From Marsupella aquatica (Eukaryota > Plantae > Marchantiophyta): a stretch of 64,000 nt of DNA. The translations under genes were made by a program, and so were the position numbers. The stretch is from the NCBI GenBank assembly GCA_973895155.1, contig OZ316891.1, positions 18,471,987 to 18,535,986 on the forward strand, written 5' to 3'. Positions 51,737 to 64,000 of the stretch are shown here, in pieces (position 1 is the first letter of the stretch; every line of letters starts with the position of its first letter). The notes beneath the pieces are model-generated. The model ran no database searches. It was not told the DNA's origin and saw only the letters and a list, made by a program, of their open reading frames with translations.

Positions 51737-54700
51737 ATATCACTCCATATGATAATAAATAAAATAATTTTATTTAAATTAATGAGTGCGCATCGTATAT
51801 TACTGGCAGGCGTAACTTTTGTGCACAAATACACAAAATCTGTGAAGCAAAGACAGAGCTTAGCGGGTCCCATTGGCTCTCATCTCCTTGGGAAGGTCTT
51901 GGATCGAGGAGACTTGCTCGGAGCCTCTACTAAAGTAAAGAAATAAAAGGTGTGATCTCCTTTCGAGCAACATGAGCGCAGTCACATGCACCGACAAATA
52001 CTAGAGCCAAAACTTAGAATCCTTGACTTTGGAATGACTGCCATGATTCCACCCAGCATATTAATTAAGGCCATTGAGCGTACCAACTGAGGTCAATTGC
52101 TGATGTAGGTGGTCTGCTATGGTTGATTCCCCTGCCAACATCGTCACAATCATTTGAACTGAACTGTGGTCGGCTTCTTGCTCAATTTATTTAGGCCATT
52201 TATTGGCAATTGCAAAATACCCCCATCGATTTCCGGGTTCCTTCGCGCTCTTAGTCTGTCCAAAATTCATGGAAGTCAAATTGTTTTATGATGGGCTTCG
52301 GTCCACCTAGTTACTGTTTGAATCTTGGAATAGTTTATTGTTTTCTTATCATGAGCTTCGGTGGATTGCTGCCACAATCTATTTTTTCATGTAATGGGCT
52401 TTGGTCAACCCAGTAACAAGACAGTTTGAATCTTGGAAGAATTTGTGCGTTGCTTTATGTCATGGGCTTTTGGTCAGTCTAGAAAGAGTTGAAATGGAGC
52501 ATACGTGATTCGACCTTGTGAAATACACGACACAGCCTGTTTAATAGTGTCGCCCAGGGAAACTGAGTCTTGCCATGTACGAAACTATTGGATAGATTTG
52601 CTAAAATTAGGGATTTATCAGGAGTCAAAAACACTGAGAATCTTCTATGTAAAATGCGTCGTACCTGAACGCGCATAAGGTGTGTACAGTTTTGAGTAAA
52701 GGGTCCATGAAAATGCGTGTACGTATCATATAAAATGTATGAGACAAATATGTTATATGCAAGTGCCTGGAGGCAGCAGGAGAGACCAGCGACATTAATG
52801 TGACACAGAAGTTTAATTAGTAGTTCCGCCGCCATATATGGGCACGTTAATTTGAGACCAAATTGATTCCATTTAGTGGTATTCATCGCCCTGTAGATTC
52901 AATTTATTGACCAGACTTCAGTAATAATCTAACTTTTTGCATTGGAGCATTTTGCATTTAAGACTCAGACACGGTCATGCTTCGAGAGTTAGGCGCTAAC
53001 TTTGGTGGAGTAACTCACTGCAACCGTAGCTTTTCTAACTGACTGACCTGCACATTCACCTTTGCTACTTGGTCTAGCTTCTCCACGTCACTGCTGCATG
53101 CGGTTGCCCATGGGCTTCAATTCTTTATCATCTTTTGAAGTTTGAACCAGCTCCAGCTAGATTACGGCGGCGCTGCGAGTCCAGTACGTATGTAAGTATG
53201 TTAATGAGGCTGTACACATTCAATTTTCGAGTGGGGTGCTACTAACGTCGAGTAAATACGATAATCATGTGAGACGAAGGTCTATCCATGGCGGGAAAAT
53301 ATATCCAAAAGAATCCAAGTACAAAATGCAAAGAACTTGACTATGGCGGCAGACTACCGTATACAAGTGAGATGCAAGTAGATTCATGTGAGCCAAATGA
53401 AGGCGATGTCCTGGATATATGGCTGCAGATGAGTAGTTATTCTTTTTCCTCGTTCTCCCTACTTTGTTCCCGTCTCGATCGTAATTGTTTCTGTTTTCTT
53501 TTAAGGTCAGAATATTGACGTCATGCACTATCTCACCTCACAGATATATCTTCGCCAATTTCAACTCCAAGAACTCCACTCAGACTACACATGGTTACGT
53601 CTTCAACTTGTCGGGAAGTGGGTTCATCTAGATCTAACTCTTGTTCACTCTCGTCTATCGTGGTCTCATCAGATTGAACTTGTCGAAGATGATCTGACAA
53701 TCCATAATTCTTTCCACTGGGCATAGTTTTGAGGTTACTTATAAGATCGCCTGCAAATCTACGGGAAAACACTCACGGGACAGGGTGATAACCACAGCAT
53801 CGATCCTTTGGAAAGAGTGCTGCCTTGGATGGAGTGCTTCAGTATGTACCGACTGGTACAACTCCAGATCATTTGCTAATGAAAAAGGCATTAGCTAAGT
53901 CGACTTACGAGCAGATCGATCGAATGAACGGCAACTGTAATTTGTTGACTAATTGGAAAGTCACTTGCAATCTGAAGGAACTATCTAGGTTTTTAAGTAA
54001 CCATTGCAACGGATGATGCTCATAATTCATATATGTGTCGTATATTAGCTTGAATGATTGAATGTGGCCGCCTTAAACCATCGATCGACAACGACCTTTG
54101 AACAGAATCAGTTGCTTTTGTATGGAATCACTTCGACAGCAGATCTGTATCACATCGCCATCTCGTATCTGTTTCTTCATGCATAGTTGGAATGTACTAA
54201 TCTCTGGTACGCGGGATCATCATTCCTGTTATCCACCTGAATTCCTTAAGACTGTCAAGTCCAGAAAACCGCAAAGAAAACCCAAGGTTTTATGGCCATA
54301 TTCTTTGCGGAGTTTTTTCAGTGAACCCAGATGGAGTTCTAAAGTCTCCGATCCCGACTAAGTTTTTCTTGACATAAATGTTTAATTCAGTAATACATAG
54401 AGTCAGCTCGCATGAAAACATGCATGCAAGATTCACTCAATAGATGTACTCAAATCTCCTCGATATGTAGCGAGGAATGTACCTGCTCAATGTGACGACG
54501 AGGCTAGGTCTTAGTAGGAAGTCTTCCCATTATCACCTCAAATCGTTCTGGTAGAATCTTTTCCTTCACGGGGATATCCTTATTATGGCTTGGTGTGTAG
54601 GTAATGTCCTGTCAACCGAACAAACCACCGGGAAAACCACTCGGGATCTCTACTCGTTAAGCTGTGGGATGACACTACGTACTGACATCTCTAAATCTCT

Positions 54701-56928
54701 GCTGAACATCAAAATTTGAACATTGCAAGGATCTTGTATATCAAAATATACAGTGCCCAGTTCTCTGCTATTTAAACAAGGTAATTTATTTTCGCAAGTG
54801 GAGACGATATATAGAGGTTCAAGACGGAATGCTTGAATGAGAGAGGGATTGAATTGCCACTGTAAGCATAGTACAAGGTGAAATGGGCCGGCGGCTACTG
54901 TAGGAGAGTGTTTTGGTGGGAACAACAGAAAAACAAACTACAAAACGGCTCACTCCAGTTATACCCGGAGGGTCACACAAACCCACTCATGAGAGTCTGG
55001 GGTCAAGCGAAAATAGCTGTTTTCACTCAAGGTCTAGGAGTGTACATTCTAAAGGACAAGTTGGGAAAAAGAATTCATCGGGCCTCTGCACGGAAAAAAA
55101 TTCTGCGTGGCAAAATTATCCCCAAAGTCCTAGGCCCCACCTGTTGAAAGGCACTTGCGAGGGTGGTGTCCCTTCACAACACAGTTGAGAGCACCTGTCC
55201 AATCCTGCGCTGTCTTAATTAACAGAGATTTAAGTTTAGAGTCCCACTCATCAACTCGCATTCCCGCTCACATTTCGCGAGTTGATGCTGTACGTGGACT
55301 CTAAACGCTGTCGCACTTCTAGAGAGCACCTGTCCAGTACGTCCTGCACTGCCTAAACAGAGATTAAATGAATCTGAAAATACATAGAACATTAAATGAA
55401 TCTTAATTTCATTACTGTACTAGGGTGCACGTATCAATTAAACGTTGCATGGAGTTTTTCTACCCATTAGTTTGAATGGGGGAAACTCTTTCTATCATCT
55501 GTACTAGCTTATAAATACCGCCAAAACAAACCCCGATATGTCACCCTCATTCGTGGGAAAAGCAATGGTCGCACAGTTCGGACTTCTCCTTCCCCTCCTG
55601 AACTGCAATGATCATTTGAACACTAAAACTGGATCGAGTTTAAGCAGGGCGAGTACATTTTCTGGAAGATTGTCGTAAGAGAGCTTTGAATTTAACACTC
55701 GTCCGAAGAGAGTTTGTGCACCCCCACAAGGGTGTACTTTGGCTTCTCAGGTGATAGATACTCCAAATAGGAAACATATATAGCAGTAAAATATGGTTTT
55801 AGAGTTTGAGGGATATTTTAAAAGGCCAATACTCAAATAACTGAGTTAGATCAGGACCTTGTCCTAAGGAAGAGTAGCTAGGAGGGAAGTCTCTACAAGG
55901 GGAAGTTGAGTCCTACTCATTTGTGAGAGAGCAAAGTCCAATGTTCAATTGCGAGCAGCTAAGGTGATCCTTCCAGGGTTGCTTCCTTCAGGAGTGCCAG
56001 AACGATGGAGAACCAATCGTTGTATGGGTGAAGCTGTTTCTCTCTCCACCCATTCGCGTCGGAAACCCCAAGCAGCACTCTCTAGTGATCATATATATAT
56101 AACAGACTGGTAAATGGTAAGATTGGTACAAGTAGTCTTCTGTTTTTGCTCGGCCCATTCCTTGCATGCACGTCTTGTGTCTAGCTAGCTAGGAGGCGGT
56201 ATTTGTGACCTAATCAAGGGCCGGGCAAATAGGTAATTAAACCACAAGCTTTGGAACCCTGTGGCTCGTTGACTCTTGCACTTGAAGAATGGGATCGACT
56301 CCTCTGTACTGCGTGAATAAAGACCGCCAATTGTCTGTAAAGCACTTGTCTCTCTTGGAAAGGAAGCTGTCAGTGACGGTCTTGTGTCCACCATCCCGAG
56401 ATACCATGCATTCTAAGTAGCAAACTTGCATGTCATTGTGTCCTGGAGTATCCATGTGATATTTTCAAAGCTTGTCTGAGAAGTGGACAGCCTCGTTGGT
56501 GACGAAAAGCTGAGCTGTGAATTATATATATATAGTGCAGTCATCTGCCTATATATCAATTGACAGGACTGATGACTTTGGTACCAACAACTTAGAATCT
56601 TACATACCAAGAAACTCCTGTACCCAATACTAATCAACGCAATGAAACAAAATTCGGACTGAAACGACGGCGAACCATTGCTTGAACGTTTTGGATATCT
56701 AGCCAAATTGTTAATTATATCATTCTGTCTTGCAAGGGCTGCCTGTTACGTCACGCGTACCAGCCATTAATTTCACAAGGCAATGGTCCTTCACCCTTGC
56801 TCCCCTCCGTCAAATTCGAATTCGAAGGTTGAAAAACAAAGCGCCATCCAGAGTTGACTTTGGATTCCTCTTACCGCTTCTGCTGTTCCTTACATATTGG
56901 CCCGGGTAGGCAACTCTTATATAATAGA

Positions 56929-57163
56929 CAGGGGTTTATATTTTTATATGGATTAAAAAGTTGGTTATACAAAATAATTAAAATTTGAAAAAACTTGGGT
57001 TCCCCATTTTTAAAAATTTGCAAAGCATATAAAAGATTTGGTTTACTTCATTTTCCATATGAAATTAAAAAATATTCTTATACATGTTATAATTTTTATT
57101 AAAAAAAAATTAAAATTTTAATAAAAATACTAGAAAGCTGACTAGTTTAGTTGTAGACCCCTG
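56929..57163. mobile_element. Possible hAT-type MITE
   Basis: An AT-rich 235-bp segment bounded by CAGGGGTTTATA and rc CAGGGGTCTACA. No clean TSD. Confidence 0.35.
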
Positions 57164-57394
57164 TATTAAAAAAAACCCATATAATTTGATTTTGATCAAT
57201 TTTTTTAATATCAAAACATATTTGGTTTTTTTTTAAGTTACATTTTTGGATTCGTTGAGTTCAAAAATAAAAGACTTTAATAGACTAAAATGAAATCTAA
57301 GATGGTCAATTGGATATAAGACCATTATAAGAAATTAAAATTGCCTTATAAAAAGAGGAGTTGCATACCAGGCATATTGGTCAATACAAGAACT

Positions 57395-57470
57395 TTTCAA
57401 AACGAAAAGTATCGACAACAAAGAATCGATCATTTCAAAACGAAAAGTATCGACAACAAAGAATCGATCA
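57395..57470. repeat. Tandem duplication of ~38 bp
   Basis: TTTCAAAACGAAAAGTATCGACAACAAAGAATCGATCA occurs twice. Confidence 0.9.
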
Positions 57471-59170
57471 TAACAGTCACTTTATACACGCTTTCCAGCG
57501 ACAGCTAGTGGGCGTACCGTCTACCTGGATCACTGACAATAATAATCATAGTTACTGACTAAAATAATTAAACTCAATATGGACAGAAGATTGGTTCTCT
57601 CGATCTCTCTAGTGGTTGATCGATATTAAGGTCGTGTCCTTGCCTTTAAGTTCTTCTATAAGCTGCATGTGGCGAAACTCCAAATTAGGCTTTGTACACA
57701 AAACACATGTGAGTCGGTTGTCGTTCATTAACACTTTACGAACCTTCACCTCAGTGCTTGCTTCTATATATGCCCTATTAACCGATCGAGGATGGCCACT
57801 GAAAAGAATATCTGAACCAGCTCTGTGAGAATGCATGTCCTCCCATGATACAGCTGCGGGTAAGTCACCAGAGACAACTGGCTGTACGTGCCACACTAGG
57901 AAGCAAAGATCTCTCCACCTTTGGAAAGTAATTAAGAGCGGAGCTCAGGTGAAATCGTGCATTACAAAAATTCCACAAAGAATTTGACTTTTTAGCTAGT
58001 TTAGACAAATCTCGGAGGTCTCTGATATATATATATCCCTTCATTGCATCGCAATTGAACAGAAGAACAGAGAAGGATCGAACTACCGTAATCTAGATAA
58101 GTTCCTATTTTAGTTTGTTCTTACAGAAGCACGAATCGGAACAAATTTCTAAATAAAAGAAACCGACAACAGAGTGGGCTAGCACGGCACGAGCAAGAGA
58201 ACCCAAACCACGGGAGTCTCACGATGATTTAGACTGTTGCCCAATATGCTCGGAGATCGAACTAAGGTAGTTCATTCGGAAAGTGAGTGAACCGGATCAG
58301 CTGTAGACTTTACCTTTACGTTAATCAAGGAGCTGCTAGCCACCTAGTATTGAGCTTGTTCATCGACCACGGAGTATATACCCGTCCGTGGGTCTGCTAT
58401 GTCGCTTTTGGATGGAGGCCTGCTATACTGCACAGAGTCTTCACTCTGCAGAACTACATTTTTCATCGTTTTACTTCCTTCCACAAGTCGTTTCCTGCCC
58501 TGTTTTACGTCGTCTGTTTGTCAACTGAATCATTCGGAGATACCAAGCCATCCCAATTTGTTCGTGTGGAGTTTAGAGTCCTTCGCCGACCCTCTCGAAT
58601 GAGCTATGTTCTGTATTTTACGAGATCTTCACGCATTCTTCGCTTTACCACGGAAACCAAATTCTCTTTAACCAAAAACCTCGTTCTGAGCTTTCTGCTC
58701 TTTGTTTAAAACCAAAATAGATTCTAGCTCAGATAGACTAGCAGGCTGCTGAATGCCATCCAGTGCATTGCTAAGTTCTCACCGTTGCCATCATGTTGTC
58801 ATAGTGGCCAGTGTTGTCATTGTGACCTTGTTCTCATTGCCATCATGTTGTTCTTACGGAAAGTACTTCTGAAGTAGAGGGTGGATTTGAGGTGATACTC
58901 GGGGGAGGCAAGGGAAGTGCGAGTGGCGGCTGGTCATTGGCATCCACAAGAGTCCGAACAATAGAGTGGAAGGGCAAAAAGGTGAGGCGACTTTTTGCAT
59001 GGGGGGAGGGCAAGTGGATGGGTGATATAGGGAGACCAAGCTGGAGAGAGTAGTCTTGCGTCTCAGTCGTAGACAATGGGTTCGTGGAGACTTGTCAGCC
59101 TTGAATTTCTTAAAAAACCATGGTTAAGAAAATAGCAGTATCGTATTAGTGTGGCTTAGAGAGCTGCCCC

Positions 59171-59207
59171 TGCTATGCTATGCTATGCTATGCTATGCTA
59201 TGCTATG
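59171..59207. repeat. (TGCTA)n pentanucleotide microsatellite
   Basis: Seven consecutive TGCTA units. Confidence 0.95.
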
Positions 59208-61902
59208 ACAAAATGACTCTCTCCACAGTCCGTCAAGACATTGTACCATGCAATACACTTTCATTCGCCATATATTAATGGTATATATAGATGACAAATT
59301 AATATGTCAGTAAGTGATCAAAAGAACTTGAATACTTCCAAGGAGACAACATGATCGTTGGTGAACCAGGAAGTATGTTGAACTCGTTTGTTACTAAGCA
59401 AAGGTCCATGATTTAGAGCAAAGACAATTCTCAGTTACGAGAATTTGGACCGAGTTAGAAGAAACGAAGAGATTTGTGCTGTAATTAAGGATGTCTGCAA
59501 TTGTTGATGTAAGGAATATATTATGAAGTAGGAAAAATCACCGAGCTCAAATCACAGTGACGAGTCGGGGGATATTGATCATAGTCCTGTGAGCGGTACG
59601 TTGAATGGGTCCCTGTCGCACGTTCCCTCATTTGCTAAAGATCGTACAACGTTCAAGGTTTTTCTTAATTCAAAAACCGCAAATGAGAACACATTACCGC
59701 AAAGATGCTGAGGAGCTTGGCGCATTGCTAAACAACGGCAACGAATTTCTCAACTCATTAAGTTTCAGTTTCGTGGCGCCTCTTTTATCTCGATGCAACG
59801 AGTGGTCGACGATAATTCCAAGGGTTAGAACAATGGCCACTTCTACGTATGACCGTCAAACACCTCTCCACGTTGCATGCGCGCATCTTCCGATGGCCAG
59901 CTCGAGGTACCAATCTCTATGCTTTCTGTAATCATGGTTTTCAGCTTGTTGGCTTCGGGTCGCATGTGAACTACACAGAGTGAAGATCCAATTTTAGAGA
60001 ATTCGCGGGAGCACGGCTTCCGGAGGTTTCTACAATGCTTATCTTTGTCACAAAAATACTTTTCCGTTGGAAAAGATGGTCTGTGCCAGAAATAACATTT
60101 TCTGTGATTCGAACATCAGTCTGACGTGCTCTTCCTCAAACCCTTTTCCTTCTCACTGTCATTTCGTCTCTGACCTTTGTCGAAAGCCTTCGCACAAAGC
60201 ATTTTATGGATGCGAAATGCGGGTGCGTGGCTGCCATTTGTTTCGAATGCTTGGGTATCGAGTCGCTGTCGTAATCATTCTGTCTTTAGAACAATTTAAT
60301 GAATTCCTTCATCATTCTTCGCCTTCATCTAAACTACATCCAGCAAAGATCTCGCGAAAGATCCCTGGATACTGTCCTAATTAACATGTGACATTGCGAC
60401 CATTTCTCTTTTTGCCGAACCGATTTCCCCAGGTAAAACATCGTTTTGTTTGTCAGTTTCTGTTGGCATCATATATACCACTTACACATAAATGTATCTG
60501 TCATGTAACTTTGACTTCAGTCTGAGTGAATGGATCTCCTGACTGAACTGATGTTGATTGCATTTCAAGATCCTCTGCAGATTTTTAAGTTACTTGTCTA
60601 GTCTGCCCATATGTCATCTAATATGGTTCCAGCAGATTCAACTCCAGCACCTAGGGGTGTCAAAAAGACTGGATCCAACCAAAGCCCTAAATCCTACGGG
60701 GACAACGTCATGGATTCGGGTCTAGATCTAATCCAGTCCTCGTCACTCCTCCACGGAGTGCGCTCCTCACAAACCCTGGCAACCGGTGGTTTTATGAGAA
60801 ATGTTAAGTTTAAGCCATTCTGGTAAAACACAGATTTCCAGGATGGTTGTCCAGAACAAGGCGCTCTATGATGAATTCCATCCAAATAACTGTGTCAATT
60901 GCTATCTGAATTGTTTTGCCTCCTAAATTCCGATATATCTACAAAAAGTCCCTGTGATTGAATAACAAATTGGTATCAAAAGTATCAGAAGAGATAATCT
61001 ATCTCATTCATTGAAGTGGGCCATCGGCCGCGCCATCGTAGCTTTTCCTACGGACCATATCCATTTCAAGCATATCCATTTCAATGAACCGAGTTGTTGA
61101 TTTCCCCTTGGATTTTACAAGAAAGTTGCTTTAAAGCAAACCCAGTATTTTACTGGGGTTCATTGACACAAATAGTCCGACCTTTGTTTGTAGTACTGAC
61201 TCTGGATAAGTTTGTTTAAGGTTGCTAACTCAACCGTCGTTTACTCTTAGAATTGCTCTATATCTTTGAATTATCATTAACTAGCCACTTGCCAACTGAA
61301 CCATCGTTTACTGTAATGAATCGCTCTATATCTTTGATAATGCTATGTGTTGCATAAAAGAAGTTGAGGTGAAAAAAAGATTTAGGGTGAATGAGAGAAA
61401 AATTAAGATGTGAAAGTGAGGAAAAGAAATCTAGGTGCCAAAAAGATATGGGTGAGAGAAAAAATGATGAGGTGAGAAAAAATGTCAAGATAAAGAAAAG
61501 ATGGCAAGAAAAGAACAATTGTCAATGGTGAGTAAAATGTTGGCAAGATAACGATCATGTCCAAGTGAAAAAGGAATTTATTTCCTGTCGAATAGGGCAG
61601 CATTTAGTGTTCCCTAATTCTCACTTGTTCTTGAAATATATTTCAGTTCTTTTGGCCCCTTCTTAGATGTATATGAACATTATGATTATGATGGCAATAC
61701 AGTAAACGAACCTGGGAACAACCAAATCTGGTACCTCTGGTACTCAGTGCCATATACTCTGATGTTGACATTCCAATCTGTTCAACATTCCTCTCAAAGT
61801 GACTAATATCTTTTGCACCGTGATGCTACCTCGATAACCTTTTGAGTAACATTTTAAACTGGAAAACGGCACTTTGAATCGATATTTTCAATGCACATGC
61901 AG

Positions 61903-62191
61903 AATTGCTTGCTCTGATGCCAATCTTTATGGTATAGGAAATTTTCTATTCATTTTACCTGATAACGACATCAGTTTTCGGCAGTCTTGCTTGTGTCCCC
62001 TTATTCCAAGGGCAGGGGGATGGCTTTTTTGGACACCCTTGTAGTCTAATTGCTTGCTCTGATGCCATTCGTTATGGTTTAGGAAATTTTGTATTTATTG
62101 TACCTGATGACGAGATCAGTTTTCGGCAGTCTTACTTGTGTCCCCTTATGTCCAAGGGCAGAGGGATGGCTTTCTTGGACACCCTTGTAGT
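61903..62191. repeat. Tandem duplication of ~145 bp
   Basis: AATTGCTTGCTCTGATGCCA...TTGGACACCCTTGTAGT starts at 61903 and again at 62048. Confidence 0.88.
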
Positions 62192-64000
62192 TTAGTTGGT
62201 TCAGGTGAGACACCTCTTGGAGTAGACAGTCATAAACTCACATTAGACCTGCTTTGGGATCGATGCAGCAACAAGAGGTAGCCTCTTACACGAACAACTT
62301 TGATTCTCCATGCATTTTAATCAGGAACTCTGTGCTTCATTTTTTCATCGACCGTCATGCTTTCCGCTTGTGGAGTGCACTGAGAAACGAGCTGTTAGAG
62401 AAGCAGAATGAAGCTCATGCTTTGACTTGGGGAAATGAAACAATCACACAATGGGCGTGAGAGGCTCCCACAGGGCAATGGTTTTTTTCTCGCAGCAGAA
62501 ATCGAGTCTAGAAAGAACCATATGTGTGAGTTTGACTGCCTTCGACCATTCCAGCTTTCTCAGGTCCAGAATGATGCCTGTCTTGATTTGACAATCTTTC
62601 AATAGCGACAGCACTCCCGCAATATAGAGGAACAAGCAAATAAATCATGGAAATGAAGACGACATCGAATAGAGGAACAAGCAAATAAAGCATGAAAATG
62701 AATACGACATCGACTGCAGGAGAGAGCTAATTATGCACGAGTACTGCTTTAGACCGCCTTGACCTGTTAATATATGATTGTTCATCTATTTACTCTCTTT
62801 TGATCTGGCTCTAAATTTCTATATTTCACAAAATCCCACAACAATGGAAAAAATCGAAAGTTCGGGGAACTACCGACCTCAATGCAAGTTGGGTAAACTA
62901 CCACATTTTTATGGCTATCCCATAGGAAATTGGATATTGCAAGACAGGTGCCCAGTGACCCACTAACTCTGCAACGAAGGCCCTTGTGCTAAGCTTTCTT
63001 AGGCGAGTATAAAGGATGCACCAACACTTTACTGTAGCAGTGGAAGCTACCCTTAAGATTGGACGTCTAGCTCCCACACTGATTCATGCTCTGTGAGGTT
63101 TCCACAAACCCTTCAAGTTTCACCTCAAATGATGATACGAGACAGAAAACCGGACGCACCTCTCTCTGAACCATTCAGTGCACAGTGATCCACTACCTAT
63201 GGCCATGCTGGATAGCAATACTGGTTCAATACCGTGTCATCTAAAGTAGCGAGGGGAGATGCGTGAGTCCCTGAAACAAGCCCGAATCCCTCTAATTAAC
63301 TCTTACCGGGCTTCTCTTACATCTTCAGTTTTCAAACATGCTGGAGGAGTGATCACAACAGTATATATCCATTTCCTTCCGGGTAAAGAGTAGATGTGTT
63401 GCCAATTATGTCAGTATCAAAATTGTGTTTATAATTGATAGATAGAGCAGTGCAGTACGTGCATTGTCAGCTACAGAGCTGCAGATTCAACGTTCTATGC
63501 TTCCCAGTTGAAGTGAGATATATGTCCATAACACCTAGCTCAACCTACACATCATGTGCAATGAATATCAATCCGGACGTTCCAATGGAAAAATAAGTTC
63601 ACCCTTGAACTATGGAAATGTTAGGCCTTTTTTTTTTACTGCTACAAGTACGCAAATACTGTCGTCCGATGAGCTGCAGTCACAGAGACATACAATATCA
63701 GCAATTCCATAAATAAGTAGGACAAACTGGACTGTACTTCGGACAAACTTGAGCAGCAAATGGTCAGTAATGTAATTAGGATCATCTCATGGACGGGATG
63801 GCTTTGGAGCACTGTGACTCCTTACCAAACAATTTAGGTCATGTCTCCAAGTACCTGCCAAGGTGGATTGGCTACCACCTAGATGGAGCTGCAAGATCAT
63901 TGTGGAGCTCGCGGTTTCCAAAATCTTACCGTCAGGGAGGCGATGGACGACATCGAAGGCATTCTCCCACTTCGTCTTTCGGGACATACGGAGCTCACTT

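Overview
Eukaryotic plant genomic DNA with GT-AG introns, a fasciclin-like AGP and CACTA, Copia and CRE-like transposons. The gene style suggests a seed-free plant such as a bryophyte, but that is inference. Bases 1-21551 are the right part of a decayed CACTA (En/Spm) transposon, ending in ...TTTTCCACTAGTG. Its TnpA-like gene is split by a ~10.9 kb DNA transposon (7816-18752). That element has bipartite imperfect TIRs, an 8-10 bp TSD and a near-intact ~1486-codon transposase with P-element-superfamily motifs. It in turn contains a 1391-bp solo LTR with a 5-bp TSD. The main observation is that the CACTA region and the P-like element each carry a homologous stand-alone EDM2-like PHD-finger gene directly upstream of, and co-oriented with, their transposase. 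This is a candidate TE-encoded chromatin reader shared across two superfamilies. The remainder holds a small plant ORF of unknown function, an FLA gene, a multi-exon ABHD11-like hydrolase with three apparent lesions, a 5'-truncated CRE-like LINE with a 9-bp TSD, a Copia RT relic and several tandem repeats. All alignments and family assignments were made by eye from recalled motifs; no searches were run.
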